Assembly: GCA_947471985.1 (NCBI GenBank)
Contig: CANIZL010000003.1
Coordinates: 747 to 64,746 of the forward strand
Source of the DNA: Verrucomicrobiota bacterium
Lineage (GTDB): Bacteria > Verrucomicrobiota > Verrucomicrobiia > Limisphaerales > UBA9464
Reading direction: 5' to 3'
DNA: 64,000 nucleotides
A model generated the notes under the pieces. The model worked only from the letters and a program-made list of their open reading frames with translations, was not told where the DNA came from and did no database searches. Positions within the stretch are counted from its first letter, which is position 1; the number at the start of each line of letters is the position of its first letter. The position numbers and the translations under genes are program-made. Of the stretch, positions 9,648-20,642 are shown piece by piece.

Positions 9648-12290
9648 ATGCGCTTGGTAGTGCTTTTTCTGCTCTTGAGCGCCAATTCCCGGAGCGCGTT
9701 GGCCCGTCAATTGGTCACCAATCTGGCGCAATTGCACGCTCTCTCGGCGGACGAAATCGCGGCCGCACCGTCCGCCCGGCTGCGCGCGCAGGTAACTTTT
9801 AACGACCCCCAATGGAACGTGCTTTACCTGGCGGATACGTTCCGCGGCGCCTCCGTCCATCGCTCCACGGCGTTCACCAACCATCCGGTGGGTGCCTGGG
9901 TGGAGGTCACGGGCGAGGTGAGAAACACGCCCAACGGCCCCACCATTCAGGTGACCGACATCCGGGAATTGCCGGCGGATGAGGTTGCCCTCCCGCCGCT
10001 CCAGCCGCGCCTGGTGTCGCTCGATGCATTGGTGCTGGGGCATGACGATGCGCAGTGGGTGGCCATCGAAGGGGTGATCCGATCGATCCTGCCGGAGGTC
10101 GGCTCCTGGACGATGGAATTGGGCAATCCCACGGCGTCGGTCACCGTGCATCTGGTGGATCCTTTGTCGGCGACTTCGCAACTCGCAGCGGATCTGATCA
10201 ACGCCCGGGTGCGGGTGGTCGGTGTGTGTACGGCGAGCGAGCCCGGCCGTCCCGTGACCGTCTATTGTGGCCGTCGGTCGGATATTCGCGTGCTGGCAGC
10301 CTCGCCCGTGACGTTGTTTGAAGAAGCTTTGGTGCCGCTGGGGGCTTTGTCGGGTATGGCCGATACATTTGAGGCGGCACATCGGATCCGGGTGCGGGCA
10401 ACGGTGACCTATGTGGATCCGGAAAAAACGATCTATCTGAGCGACGGACAGTACGGTCTGGCGGTCGATCCGCAGGGCGACGAGTCGGTGCAGGATGGGG
10501 ATGCCTTGGAGGTGGCGGGGTTTTTATCGCTCCGGAATGAGGAACCCCGACTGGTGCTGGCGGAGATCCGGCTACTGGGTCCCGGTGTTGCTCCCCCGCC
10601 GATCCTCGTCGGATCGGACACGCATTTTGGCGCCGCGCATTTGGCTGGGCTTATCCGGGTGCAGGGGCGTCTGGTGGTCCGCGACCGCGCCGCCGGACAT
10701 TATCTCCTGACCCTGGCCCGGCCGGAACTGGACGAATTGTTTGTGGCCGACCTCCGGTTTGAGCATCCGGCCACGAATCTGGGCCCGTGGATGCCGGACA
10801 GTTTGATGGAAGTGACCGGGATTTGGGTGGGGCTGTCCCCCGAGCGCGGACTGGCGGGCACGCTCCTGTGTCGGACGCCGGCGGATTTGCGGGTGGTGCA
10901 ACTGCCCCATTGGTGGACCCCGAAGCGGTTGCGGCTACTGGTATCGGCCGTGGCGGTGTTCAGCATCGGGGCCGTTCTCTGGGCGATCCACCTGCGGGGC
11001 CAAAATCGCGCCAAGGTCGAGCAGCTTCGCCGGCAGGTGGCGAACGAACTGGTGGTGGAACGGCGGTATCGCGAGCTTTTCGAAAACGCCACCGACACGC
11101 TGCTGATCCTGGATGCGGAAAGTACCGTGCTGGATTTGAATCCCGCAGCGGAGTTGGTGTTTGGTAAACGAAGTTCCGAATTGATGGGGCGTCCGTTGAT
11201 GGACGAACTGGGCCCGGCCAGCCAGGCGCATTTGCGCGAAATCCTGGAGTCTTCGTTAACCACGCCCTTGGAAGAACGTTTTGAATTGTCGCTGCCGCCG
11301 CGGGCCGACGGACGCGTGATCACCCTGGAAGTCTCCAGCTGCCGTCGCCTGCGCCGTCCCGTCGGCGAGCAGGTGCAGATCATCGCTCACGACATCACGC
11401 AACGGAAACAGGCGGAAGCCGAGCTGGCGGAATTGAATCGCCGACTTCTGGAAACGTCCCGCCGCACGGGCATGGCGGAAGTCGCCACCAACGTCCTGCA
11501 CAACGTGGGGAACGTGTTGAATAGCGTGAACGTCACCACCACGCTGATCCACGACTCGATGCGCGATTCCAAAGTCGCGAGCCTGGACCGGGTGGTCGCG
11601 CTGCTGGAGGAACATCAGCAGGATCTGGGCGGTTTTTTTACGAGTCATCCCAAGGGAGTCCAGGTCACCCAGTATCTGCGCCAGTTGTCCACCCACCTGC
11701 TGGGCGAACAGGCCGCCCTGTTGGCGGACGTGAAATCGCTGGCCCGCAATGTGGAACACATCAAGGGCATCGTGGCCCGGCAGCAGGACCATCGCGGTGC
11801 GGTGGGCCTTCGGGAGCGGGTGATGCTCGCGCAGTTGGTGGAGGAGGCGTACGTTCTCTGCGCTCCGCCCGGGACGCCCGGCGCGGTGGCGATCGTGCGT
11901 GAATTGGCGGTGATGCCGCCCGTGCCCCTGGATCAGCATCAGGTCCTGCAGATCCTCGTGAACCTGCTCCGCAATGCCCTGCAATCGGTGGAGCGGGCCG
12001 GGCCGGGGGAGCCGGGGGCCGGAGTCACGATTCGTACCGAATGGGACGGCGCGGAATGGATCCGGGTGCAGGTGAGTGATACCGGGGTGGGGATTGCCCC
12101 GGAGAATCTCACCCGAATCTTCGCCCACGGCTTCACCACCAAACCCGGCGGCCACGGATTTGGCCTGCACTCCAGCGCCCTGGCTGCGCGGGCGATGGGC
12201 GGCTCGCTTCGGGCGGAGAGTGCCGGTCCCGGATTCGGGGCCACCTTTACGCTCGAACTCCCCGTGAAACCCGCCGTTGAATCCGTATGA
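9648..12290 (+). CDS. Membrane sensor histidine kinase (large periplasmic domain, TM, PAS, kinase core)
   Basis: ORF 9579..12290, with the ATG at 9648 giving the signal-like [16 protein letters not shown] segment [20 protein letters not shown], a PAS-like region, the H-box-like [14 protein letters not shown], and ATPase G-boxes DTGVGI and GGHGFGLH. Confidence 0.85.
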   Translation: MRLVVLFLLLSANSRSALARQLVTNLAQLHALSADEIAAAPSARLRAQVTFNDPQWNVLYLADTFRGASVHRSTAFTNHPVGAWVEVTGEVRNTPNGPTIQVTDIRELPADEVALPPLQPRLVSLDALVLGHDDAQWVAIEGVIRSILPEVGSWTMELGNPTASVTVHLVDPLSATSQLAADLINARVRVVGVCTASEPGRPVTVYCGRRSDIRVLAASPVTLFEEALVPLGALSGMADTFEAAHRIRVRATVTYVDPEKTIYLSDGQYGLAVDPQGDESVQDGDALEVAGFLSLRNEEPRLVLAEIRLLGPGVAPPPILVGSDTHFGAAHLAGLIRVQGRLVVRDRAAGHYLLTLARPELDELFVADLRFEHPATNLGPWMPDSLMEVTGIWVGLSPERGLAGTLLCRTPADLRVVQLPHWWTPKRLRLLVSAVAVFSIGAVLWAIHLRGQNRAKVEQLRRQVANELVVERRYRELFENATDTLLILDAESTVLDLNPAAELVFGKRSSELMGRPLMDELGPASQAHLREILESSLTTPLEERFELSLPPRADGRVITLEVSSCRRLRRPVGEQVQIIAHDITQRKQAEAELAELNRRLLETSRRTGMAEVATNVLHNVGNVLNSVNVTTTLIHDSMRDSKVASLDRVVALLEEHQQDLGGFFTSHPKGVQVTQYLRQLSTHLLGEQAALLADVKSLARNVEHIKGIVARQQDHRGAVGLRERVMLAQLVEEAYVLCAPPGTPGAVAIVRELAVMPPVPLDQHQVLQILVNLLRNALQSVERAGPGEPGAGVTIRTEWDGAEWIRVQVSDTGVGIAPENLTRIFAHGFTTKPGGHGFGLHSSALAARAMGGSLRAESAGPGFGATFTLELPVKPAVESV

Positions 12291-14134
12291 AAAAGGACAC
12301 CCCGCCCGCCCGTATCCTGGTCATCGACGACAGTGTGGCTCTGCACGAGGATTACCGTCGCATCCTGTGCCGCCCGGCGGATCGCGCGGCCTTGAACCAG
12401 TTGGAGGCGCTCTTGTTTGACCAACCGGAGCCGGCGGAAAACGGTTTTTCGTGTGAACTGGATTTCGCTCATCAGGGGGACGAAGGCCTGGCGTTGGTGC
12501 GCCGTTCGGTATCGGAGGGGCGAAATTATGCCGTGGCCTTTGTGGACATGCGCATGCCGCCGGGTTGGGATGGTCTGGAAACCGTGCAGGAACTTTGGCA
12601 GGCGGATCCCGATCTACAGGTCGTCGTTTGCACCGCCTACGCCGATTACTCCTGGCGGGAAATGCTCCGGCAGCTGGGGCGCAATGATCGGTGGCTGATC
12701 CTCAAGAAGCCGTTTGAAAATATCGAGGTGCTCCAACTGGCGAGCGCCCTGACGGAAAAGTCGCGCCTCGTCCGGGCGAACCGCCGGAGCATCGGGGCGT
12801 TGGAGGATGCCGTGCGGGCGCGGACGCGGGAATTGGAGGAGTCCAACGCGCAGTTGGTGCGGGCCAAGGAAAACGCGGAAGCCGCCAACCGGGCGAAGAG
12901 CGTATTCCTCGCCAAGATGAGTCATGAGATCCGTACACCGATGAATGGCATTCTTGGTTTCACTGATCTTCTGGGCAGCACCCCGTTGGAGGGGCCCCAG
13001 CGGGAATACGTGGAGATCGTTCGCGAGAGCGGACAGGCCCTGCTGCGGGTCATTGAGGATGTGCTCGATTTTTCCCGCATCGAGGCCGGAAAATTCCAGG
13101 TGCAGGCAGAGGCCTTTGATCTCCTGTTGCTGGCCCAGGAGGTGGCGGAGTTCCTCGCCCCGAAGGCTGAAAAAAAGGGACTGGAGCTCGTGGTGGATCC
13201 CTGTCAGGGAGTGGATCCGAATGTCCTGGCGGATCGCGGGCGGGTTCGACAGGTGTTGCTGAACCTCGTGGGCAATGCGCTTAAGTTCAGTGACCGCGGC
13301 CACGTGCTCATCTCGATCCGCCCCGAAACGGGCACGAGGGGAGATCAGCTCTGCTGCTCCGTGACCGACACGGGCATTGGGATTCCGCCGGAGAAGCAGC
13401 CGCTCTTGTTTCAATCGTTTACGCAGGTGGACAACTCGCTCACCCGGCGTTTCGGTGGGACGGGCTTGGGCCTGGTCATTTCCAAGCGCTTGGTCGAGTT
13501 GATGGGGGGCACGATCGGCCTGCAGAGCGAACCGGGAGTGGGCTCGACCTTCGCGTTTACGATGCCAGTGGCACCGGCCACGGCGGAGCGGGAGGCGCCG
13601 CCGGATCTGGCGGGGCTCCGGGGGCTAAGGCTGCTGATCGCGGATCCGGGTGAACTCAATCGCCGCAAATTAGTGGAACAATTCCGCTGCTGGGCGATGG
13701 AGGTCGAGGACGTGGGATCGTCGTCGGAAACCCTGGCGCACCTGCGGGAAGCGCAGCGGGCCGGCCGGCCGTTTCAGGTGGTCGTCGTGGCGCATGAGCC
13801 CCCGGTGACCGACGCCGAGGCGCTGGCGCGGGAGATTCAGGCCGACGGCGGATTGCGCGGCACGCCTCTGATCTATGTGTTCGCCCGCTCCCAAAGCGTG
13901 GAGGTGGCACGCTTGCGGTCGGTCGGTTTCACGGCGTTTCTGCCGAAGCCGATGGTCCGACAGGGCCCGCTACTGGCCGCGCTGCGGACAGCGATCCAAA
14001 CCGGCACTCCGAGGGTCGAGTCGGCAGGAAACCGCGGCGATCCGACCGCCATGCCTGAGTCTCGTTCGCCCGAAGCCCCACCCTCCGCGGCCGCTTCCGG
14101 GTCGGCGACACCATTGCCGGGCCAGCGTCTTTAA
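12287..14134 (+). CDS. Hybrid REC-HisKA-HATPase kinase with a C-terminal receiver-like domain
   Basis: ATGA overlap with the upstream kinase. The N-terminal receiver has ILVIDD, FVDMRMP and KKP. H-box [14 protein letters not shown]; [18 protein letters not shown]. The C-terminal receiver-like fold reads VVVVAHEPP where the acceptor Asp is expected. Confidence 0.85.
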   Translation: MKKDTPPARILVIDDSVALHEDYRRILCRPADRAALNQLEALLFDQPEPAENGFSCELDFAHQGDEGLALVRRSVSEGRNYAVAFVDMRMPPGWDGLETVQELWQADPDLQVVVCTAYADYSWREMLRQLGRNDRWLILKKPFENIEVLQLASALTEKSRLVRANRRSIGALEDAVRARTRELEESNAQLVRAKENAEAANRAKSVFLAKMSHEIRTPMNGILGFTDLLGSTPLEGPQREYVEIVRESGQALLRVIEDVLDFSRIEAGKFQVQAEAFDLLLLAQEVAEFLAPKAEKKGLELVVDPCQGVDPNVLADRGRVRQVLLNLVGNALKFSDRGHVLISIRPETGTRGDQLCCSVTDTGIGIPPEKQPLLFQSFTQVDNSLTRRFGGTGLGLVISKRLVELMGGTIGLQSEPGVGSTFAFTMPVAPATAEREAPPDLAGLRGLRLLIADPGELNRRKLVEQFRCWAMEVEDVGSSSETLAHLREAQRAGRPFQVVVVAHEPPVTDAEALAREIQADGGLRGTPLIYVFARSQSVEVARLRSVGFTAFLPKPMVRQGPLLAALRTAIQTGTPRVESAGNRGDPTAMPESRSPEAPPSAAASGSATPLPGQRL

Positions 14135-14137
14135 GCC

Positions 14138-15280
14138 ATGACTGAGCGCAGTTCTGCCATGCTTGACCAAAAAGCCCGCATACTGATCGTCGACGATGAG
14201 CCGAGGAATCTTCGGTTGATCGAAGCCATGCTCGGGCCCGATGGACACATCACGCTGACGGCCGCCAATGCCGCGGAGGCCTTGGCATTGGTGGCGCGGC
14301 AGGCGCCCGATTTGATCCTGCTCGACATCATGCTGCCTGACCGGTCGGGTTTCGAGGTGGCCAGCCAGTTGAAATCGAACGCCGCCACCAAGGGCATCCC
14401 GATCATCATGGTCACCGCGTTGGATGACCGCGAATCGCGTCTGGCCGGTTTGAACGCCGGGGCGGAAGAGTTCATCACCAAGCCGGTGGATCGCCCCGAA
14501 CTCCTGATCCGCGTCCGGAATCTCCTGCGTTTGAAGGAGTACAGCGATTTCCTGGCGGACCACAATCGCATCCTGGAAAAACAGGTTCGGGAACGCACCG
14601 CCACGCTGGCCGAGGAGATCCAGGAGCGGAAGCGTCTGGAACAAGAGATTCTCGAGATCAGCGATCATGAGCAACAGCGGATCGGGCGGGATCTCCACGA
14701 CAGTGTCTGCCAGCAACTGACGGGCATCGAGCTGATGAGCCACGCCCTGCGCAAGGCCCTGCCTCCCACCGCGAAGAATGAAGCCGAGCTGGCGGGGCAG
14801 GTGGCTTTCTACACACGGGAAGCCATCGCCGAAGTCCGCATGATCGCGCGCGGACTCTGCCCGGTCATTGTGGAACCCGATGGCCTGATGTCGACGCTGC
14901 CGCAATTGGCGGAAACGGTCACCCGGATGTTCAAGGTCACCTGCGTCATCGAGTGTCCGCGCACGGTGCTGGTCCATGACAATAACGTCGCCACCAACCT
15001 TTATCGCATTGCCCAGGAAGCGTTGAGTAATGCGATCAAACATGGCCGGGCCCGCCGGACAGAAATTCACCTGACCGCCGATCCACAGGAACTGGTGCTC
15101 ACCATCCGGGACGATGGCCAAGGGCTGCCCGCGCAACCGATCCGCTCGGGATTGGGGCTCGGCATCATGCAATACCGGGCCAACATGGTGGGGGGAAGTT
15201 TGGTCATCGAGCCGCAGCCGACCGGCGGTACGGTGGTGATCTGTCGGGTGCCGTTGCCGGCGCTCTCCGCTCGGGGCTAG
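14138..15280 (+). CDS. Response-regulator receiver fused to a HisKA_3-type histidine kinase
   Basis: Starts 3 nt after the previous stop. Receiver motifs ILIVDDEP, LILLDIMLPD and ITKPV. The dimerisation/His box RIGRDLHDSVCQQLTGI is the NarX/DegS type. ATPase motif GLGLGIMQYRANMVGG. Confidence 0.85.
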   Translation: MTERSSAMLDQKARILIVDDEPRNLRLIEAMLGPDGHITLTAANAAEALALVARQAPDLILLDIMLPDRSGFEVASQLKSNAATKGIPIIMVTALDDRESRLAGLNAGAEEFITKPVDRPELLIRVRNLLRLKEYSDFLADHNRILEKQVRERTATLAEEIQERKRLEQEILEISDHEQQRIGRDLHDSVCQQLTGIELMSHALRKALPPTAKNEAELAGQVAFYTREAIAEVRMIARGLCPVIVEPDGLMSTLPQLAETVTRMFKVTCVIECPRTVLVHDNNVATNLYRIAQEALSNAIKHGRARRTEIHLTADPQELVLTIRDDGQGLPAQPIRSGLGLGIMQYRANMVGGSLVIEPQPTGGTVVICRVPLPALSARG

Positions 15281-15537
15281 GATTGCCGTGCGTGGACGCG
15301 GCCACCGGCGTGCCGGTGCGCGGGGGGGGGCGTTTCGGCGATGGGTCGCAGGGAATCAACGCATCCGTCGTGGGGGATTCGCACCGTGCGGGTGCCCGTT
15401 GGAGAGCACTATTGACTCACCGGGGTGGTGTTGAATGATGCAGTGTGGCAAATTTTGGGTCGCCCACGGCAAGATCCGGAAAGCGCTCCGACCCTTTGTC
15501 ACAGAGCGTTCCGGCCGTCGTGCCGGTTCTATCAGTC

Positions 15538-18066
15538 ATGGATCCCCAGTCTGCCCCGAGCGGTGTCACCGCTCGGGGAACCGCGTCCGGGTGTTTTCAT
15601 TGCGGCCTGCCGTGTCCTCCCACGGTGGAAGCCGGTCGCAATCCCGCCTATTGCTGTGTCGGTTGCCAGACGGTGTCCGAGATGTTGCTCAACAATGGCC
15701 TCGGCCATTTCTACGATCTGGTGCCCCGGGCCGGTGTGCGTCAGGAGGCTGAACCAGCGGTGGAACGGTACCAGTTTCTGGATGAGGCGGCCGTGCGGGC
15801 GCGCTTTGTGGATTTTACCGACGGCCTCCAGACGCGGGTCACCTTCCGCCTGCCGACGATGCACTGTGTGGCGTGCATCTGGCTGCTGGAAAATCTCTTC
15901 CGCCTGCGCCCCGGCATCGGGGTTTCCCGGGTCGATTTCCCCCGCCGGCAAATCGCCATCGCCTTCTCGGATGCGGCGGTGAAGTTGAGTGAAATCGCCC
16001 AATTGCTGGATCAGCTGGGCTACGCGCCGGACCTGAATCTGGCCGATCTGGAAGCTGGCGTGGGCGCACGCAAGACCCCGCGCGGGCTGTGGTTGCGAGT
16101 GGGCGTGGCGGGCTTTGCCTTCGGCAATTCCATGCTGCTCAGTCTCCCGGGATATTTTGGGCTGGATCGGTTCATCGGGCCGGATTTTCGCCATCTCGTG
16201 GGCTGGCTGAGCTTCGCCCTGGCGGTGCCGGTGGTCGTCTTCAGCGCCAGTGACTATTGGCGACGGGCCTGGGTGAGCTTCCAGCTCCGCCGCATGAGCA
16301 TCGAGGTGCCCATCGCCCTCGGCATCGCTGCGCTTTTCCTGCAGAGTCTTTTCGAAGTCGCCGTCGGTCGGGGAGACGGATACTTCGATTCCCTCGCCGG
16401 TCTGTTGTTCTTTCTGCTGTGCGGCCGCCTGTTTCAGGAAAAGACCGTCGATCGCATGGCTTTTGACCGGGATTACAAATCGTTTTTCCCGCTGTCGGTT
16501 CGTCGACTGAAGGGCGATCAGGACGAATCCGTGAGTCTCGACCGGCTGGCGGTGGGGGATCGGATTCACCTGCGCAATGGCGAGCTGATTCCGGCGGACG
16601 CGCGCCTGCTCCGGGGGCCGGCGATCATCGACTATAGTTTCGTCACGGGTGAGGCGGATCCCGTGAGCCGGGCACCGGGCGAAACGATTTACGCGGGCGG
16701 GCGGCAGACCGGGGCGGCCATCGTGCTCGAGCTGATCAAACCCGTTTCCCAAAGCTATCTGACGTCCTTGTGGAATCAGGACATTTTCAAAAAGGAAAAG
16801 CTCGATTCCTTCAATAATTTAACCAATCGCTACAGTCAGCGCTTTACCTGGAGCATTCTGGCGATTGCGCTGGTTTCGGCGGCATTCTGGGCGTGGGCGG
16901 ATCCCGCAAAGTCGGTGCGGGCTTTGGTGGGGGTGTTGATCGTGGCGTGTCCGTGCGCCCTCGCTCTGGCGGCGCCGTTCACGCTGGGGACCGCCCTGCG
17001 CGTCCTGGGTTGGTATAAGGTTTTTCTGCGGAAGGCGGAGGTGCTGGAAAACCTCGCCCGCGTGGATTGCGTGGTCTTCGATAAAACGGGCACCCTGACC
17101 ACTCCGGGTACGGGGGAGATTGCTTTTGAAGGGCAACCCCTCGCGGCGGCGGAGGCTGCGTGGATCCGTGAACTGGCCCGGCAATCCACCCATCCCCTCG
17201 CGGAACGGCTGGCCACCAGCCTGACAGGTGCCGCGACCACCTTCGTAACCACCGACTTTCAAGAAGTGGCGGGCGGCGGCATGGCGGGAACCATTGACGG
17301 ACACCTTATTTTGCTGGGTTCGATTGCGTGGTTGCGTCGTTCCTTGGGGACGGCAGCCGAGGCGGCGGGAGTGCCCGCGGGCCGGGGACACGCGGAGGGC
17401 AGTGTGGTGAGCGTGGCCATCGATGGACGTTACCGCGGGCATTTTACCGTGGCGAGTCCCTTGCGCCTGGGCACGACCGACATGGTGAACGCGTTGTCGG
17501 GGGCTTACGAAGTCTCCCTGCTCAGCGGCGATAACGAGCGCGATGCCCAACGTTTCGCCAGCCTGTTCGGCCCCGGCGTCGAACTGCGCTTCAATCAAAG
17601 TCCGCACGACAAGTTAAACTTCATCCGCGCACGGCAGCAGGCGGGACGGTGTGTGATGATGGTCGGCGACGGACTCAATGATGCCGGTGCATTGCAACAA
17701 AGTGATGTCGGGGTGGCAGTGGTGGAAAATGTCGGGGCCTTCTCGCCGGCGAGCGATGTCATTCTGCATGCGCCGCAATTGGCGATTGTTCCCGCCATGC
17801 TGCGGTTTGCGCGGCAATCCGTACGGATTGTCCGGTGGAGCTTCATGCTCTCGGCCGCCTACAACGTCGTGGGCCTGGCCATCGCGGCCAGCGGCCGCCT
17901 CGAGCCCATCACCTGTGCGATTTTAATGCCGCTGAGCTCCGTCAGCGTGGTGGCCTTTGCCGTCGGCTTGACCCACTGGGCGGGCCGCACCGTTCCCCGC
18001 GATCTTGCGGGGGCGGCAAAGACAAATTTCGGGTTGGCGATGACAAGGAAAGAGCAGCACGCATGA
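15538..18066 (+). CDS. ccoI: Copper-translocating P-type ATPase of the cbb3 assembly type (CcoI/FixI)
   Basis: ATG at 15538 inside ORF 15445..18066. N-terminal CFHCGLPC, HMA-like MHCVACIWLLE, CPCALALA, DKTGTLT and GDGLNDAGAL. It sits at the head of the cco cluster. Confidence 0.88.
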   Translation: MDPQSAPSGVTARGTASGCFHCGLPCPPTVEAGRNPAYCCVGCQTVSEMLLNNGLGHFYDLVPRAGVRQEAEPAVERYQFLDEAAVRARFVDFTDGLQTRVTFRLPTMHCVACIWLLENLFRLRPGIGVSRVDFPRRQIAIAFSDAAVKLSEIAQLLDQLGYAPDLNLADLEAGVGARKTPRGLWLRVGVAGFAFGNSMLLSLPGYFGLDRFIGPDFRHLVGWLSFALAVPVVVFSASDYWRRAWVSFQLRRMSIEVPIALGIAALFLQSLFEVAVGRGDGYFDSLAGLLFFLLCGRLFQEKTVDRMAFDRDYKSFFPLSVRRLKGDQDESVSLDRLAVGDRIHLRNGELIPADARLLRGPAIIDYSFVTGEADPVSRAPGETIYAGGRQTGAAIVLELIKPVSQSYLTSLWNQDIFKKEKLDSFNNLTNRYSQRFTWSILAIALVSAAFWAWADPAKSVRALVGVLIVACPCALALAAPFTLGTALRVLGWYKVFLRKAEVLENLARVDCVVFDKTGTLTTPGTGEIAFEGQPLAAAEAAWIRELARQSTHPLAERLATSLTGAATTFVTTDFQEVAGGGMAGTIDGHLILLGSIAWLRRSLGTAAEAAGVPAGRGHAEGSVVSVAIDGRYRGHFTVASPLRLGTTDMVNALSGAYEVSLLSGDNERDAQRFASLFGPGVELRFNQSPHDKLNFIRARQQAGRCVMMVGDGLNDAGALQQSDVGVAVVENVGAFSPASDVILHAPQLAIVPAMLRFARQSVRIVRWSFMLSAAYNVVGLAIAASGRLEPITCAILMPLSSVSVVAFAVGLTHWAGRTVPRDLAGAAKTNFGLAMTRKEQHA

Positions 18067-18260
18067 TTGTGATCCTCATACTCATCCCCGTCAGTCTGGT
18101 GCTGGCGGCAGGGTTCCTCGGCGCATTTTTCTGGGCGGTTCGTTCCGGTCAATACGAGGACACTTGTACGCCCGCCATGCGGATCCTCACCGATGAGGAA
18201 ACGCAGCCGATCCGTGTTCGTGCAGTCAGACCTTTGGCAGAGAATTCACATGAAGATTGA
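18063..18260 (+). CDS. ccoS: cbb3 oxidase maturation protein CcoS
   Basis: The ATG at 18063 overlaps the ccoI stop (ATGA). The 65-aa product MIVILILIPVSLVLAAGFLGAFFWAVRSGQYED... has the FixS/CcoS signature. Confidence 0.85.
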   Translation: MIVILILIPVSLVLAAGFLGAFFWAVRSGQYEDTCTPAMRILTDEETQPIRVRAVRPLAENSHED

Positions 18261-20427
18261 ATCCTTTAAATACGACAATCGAATCGTCCGGGCCTTCGCC
18301 ATTGCGACGGCGATCTGGTCGATCGTGGGCATGAGTGCGGGGCTTCTGGCCGCCATCCAGCTCTTCTGGCCGGAAGCCAACCTCAACTTCCAGTATGTCA
18401 CCTTCGGACGCTTGCGGCCGCTGCACACCAACGCGGTCATTTTTGCGTTTGTCGGCAACGGCATGTTCATGGGGATCTACTATTCCCTGCAACGCCTCTG
18501 CAAGGCCCGGATGTTTAGCGATGCCCTCAGTTGGATAAATTTCTGGGGCTGGAACGCGATCATCGTGGCCGCGGCAGTGACGCTTCCGCTGGGCATCACC
18601 ACCAGCAAGGAATACGCGGAACTGGAATGGCCGATCGATATCGCGATCGCCCTGATCTGGGTCGCGTTCACCGTCAACCTGCTCGGGACCATCTATCGTC
18701 GCCGGGAGAAGCATCTGTATGTGGCGATCTGGTTTTACATTGCCACCGCGCTGACGGTCGCGGTTCTGCACATCGTCAATTCCGCCGAGGTGCCGGCTGG
18801 CTGGTTCAAGAGCTATTCCCTGTACGCCGGCGTGCAGGACGCCCTGGTTCAGTGGTGGTACGGCCATAACGCCGTCGCCTTCTTCCTCACCACGCCGTAT
18901 CTGGGCCTGATGTATTATTTTCTACCCAAGGCGGCCAATCGCCCGGTGTTCAGCTACCGGCTGTCGATCATCCATTTCTGGGCGCTGATCTTCCTCTATA
19001 TCTGGGCGGGTCCGCACCATCTCCTGTTCACGGCCCTCCCGGATTGGGCGCAATCCCTCGGCATGGCCTTCAGCGTGATGCTCGTGGCGCCCTCTTGGGG
19101 CGGGATGCTCAACGGGCTTCTGACCTTGCGCGGCGCCTGGGATAAGGTCCGCCAGGATCCCACGCTCAAGTTCCTCGTGGTCGCACTGACCGCCTACGGC
19201 ATGGCGACGCTCGAAGGACCGCTGCTCTCCATCAAGTCCGTCAATGCACTGTCCCATTACACGGATTGGACCATTGCGCACGTGCACACCGGCGCGCTGG
19301 GTTGGAATGGCTTCTTCACGTTTGCGATGCTGTACTACCTCTTCCCGAAGCTGTATCGCACGCCGCTGTTCTCGCAGAAACTGGCCACCTGGCACTTCTG
19401 GCTCGGACTCCTCGGCATCATGTTCTATGCGATCCCGATGTATTGGGCCGGCATCACCCAGGGCTTGATGTGGAAGGAATTCACCAAGGATGGCTTCCTG
19501 CAATATCCCAATTTCCTGGAAACCGTCCTGCAGATCGTGCCCATGTACCGGCTGCGGGCCATCGGTGGTTCCATGTACCTCGTGGGTTCGATTGTCGGTG
19601 TTTACAATCTCTGGCGCACGGCGCGCAGCGGCAATTTCGAGGCCGAGACCGAAGCTCAGGCTCCCGCCTTGCAGGCCGACACGGGTGCGAGCCCGGACAA
19701 GGGGCATCGCTGGTTGGAATCCAAGCCGGCCATCCTCACGGCGCTGGCGGTTGTTGCCATCGCGATGGGTGGCTTGGTTGAGATCATTCCGATGTATCTC
19801 ATTCAGAAAAACGTCCCGACGATTTCCAGCGTCAAACCGTATACGCCGCTGGAATTGCTCGGACGCGATCTGTACATCCGCGAGGGCTGCGTGGGGTGCC
19901 ATTCCCAAATGATTCGTCCGTTCCGCTCCGAAACCGAGCGGTACGGCGAATACTCCAAGGCCGGCGAATTTGTCTTTGATCACCCGTTCCTGTGGGGTTC
20001 CAAGCGGACCGGTCCGGATCTTCATCGCGAAGGCGGGAAATATCCCGATGCGTGGCACTACAACCACATGGAGAATCCCCGCTCCACTTCGCCGGGATCC
20101 ATCATGCCGGGTTATCCCTGGCTGCTGACCCAGGAACTGGCCACCAATGCGCTTCCGGCGCGGATCAGCGCCCTGCGCAAAGTCGGTGTGCCGTATCCCG
20201 CAGGCTACGAAAACGGACAGGCCTTGAAGGATCTGCAGGTGCAGGCCCGCAAGGTGGTCGCGAACCTGCGGACCGGTTCCGTCAGCAACGCCCCCGCCAA
20301 CACCGAGATCATCGGCATGATCGCCTACCTGCAACGTCTGGGCACCGATATCAAGACCACCAACGCGGTGCAGGCCGAAGTCCTCGTCCCGGCGACCCCC
20401 GGTCTGGTCCTCAACCCCACTCATTAA
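18250..20427 (+). CDS. ccoNO: Fused cbb3-type cytochrome c oxidase subunits I and II (CcoN-CcoO)
   Basis: ATG at 18250 (MKIESFKYDN). The CcoN part has WWYGHNAVAFFLTTP, GPHHL and HVHTGALGWNGF. The C-terminal ~250 aa are CcoO-like, with one heme motif CVGCHSQMIRPF and WGSKRTGPDL. Confidence 0.9.
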   Translation: MKIESFKYDNRIVRAFAIATAIWSIVGMSAGLLAAIQLFWPEANLNFQYVTFGRLRPLHTNAVIFAFVGNGMFMGIYYSLQRLCKARMFSDALSWINFWGWNAIIVAAAVTLPLGITTSKEYAELEWPIDIAIALIWVAFTVNLLGTIYRRREKHLYVAIWFYIATALTVAVLHIVNSAEVPAGWFKSYSLYAGVQDALVQWWYGHNAVAFFLTTPYLGLMYYFLPKAANRPVFSYRLSIIHFWALIFLYIWAGPHHLLFTALPDWAQSLGMAFSVMLVAPSWGGMLNGLLTLRGAWDKVRQDPTLKFLVVALTAYGMATLEGPLLSIKSVNALSHYTDWTIAHVHTGALGWNGFFTFAMLYYLFPKLYRTPLFSQKLATWHFWLGLLGIMFYAIPMYWAGITQGLMWKEFTKDGFLQYPNFLETVLQIVPMYRLRAIGGSMYLVGSIVGVYNLWRTARSGNFEAETEAQAPALQADTGASPDKGHRWLESKPAILTALAVVAIAMGGLVEIIPMYLIQKNVPTISSVKPYTPLELLGRDLYIREGCVGCHSQMIRPFRSETERYGEYSKAGEFVFDHPFLWGSKRTGPDLHREGGKYPDAWHYNHMENPRSTSPGSIMPGYPWLLTQELATNALPARISALRKVGVPYPAGYENGQALKDLQVQARKVVANLRTGSVSNAPANTEIIGMIAYLQRLGTDIKTTNAVQAEVLVPATPGLVLNPTH

Positions 20428-20432
20428 TCGCC

Positions 20433-20642
20433 ATGATTCGCAATGTTCTGAGTCATATCGGTGGCGTCGGTCTCTACGGCGTCATTTCGATCCTGCTCTT
20501 CTTCGTGACCTTCACCGTGGCCGTGCTGTGGGCCCTGCTGCAACGACGTTCCCTGATGAACGAGCTTGCCGCCCTGCCGCTCGCGGAGGACTCGACCACC
20601 GTCACTTTATCCGGAGAACACCAAAATGAATCCGACAAATAA
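20433..20642 (+). CDS. Small single-TM cbb3 subunit (CcoQ/FixQ-like)
   Basis: 69-aa ORF starting at ATG 20433, inside the listed ORF 19992..20642. Single hydrophobic helix GLYGVISILLFFVTFTVAVLWALL. Its position between ccoNO and ccoP fits CcoQ. Confidence 0.65.
   Translation: MIRNVLSHIGGVGLYGVISILLFFVTFTVAVLWALLQRRSLMNELAALPLAEDSTTVTLSGEHQNESDK

Noticed and set aside
15281-15537. FNR/FixK (TTGAT-N4-ATCAA) or CRP-like box upstream of ccoI
   Set aside because: The closest strings, TTGACTCACCGGGG and TTGAATGATGCAG, lack the second half-site.
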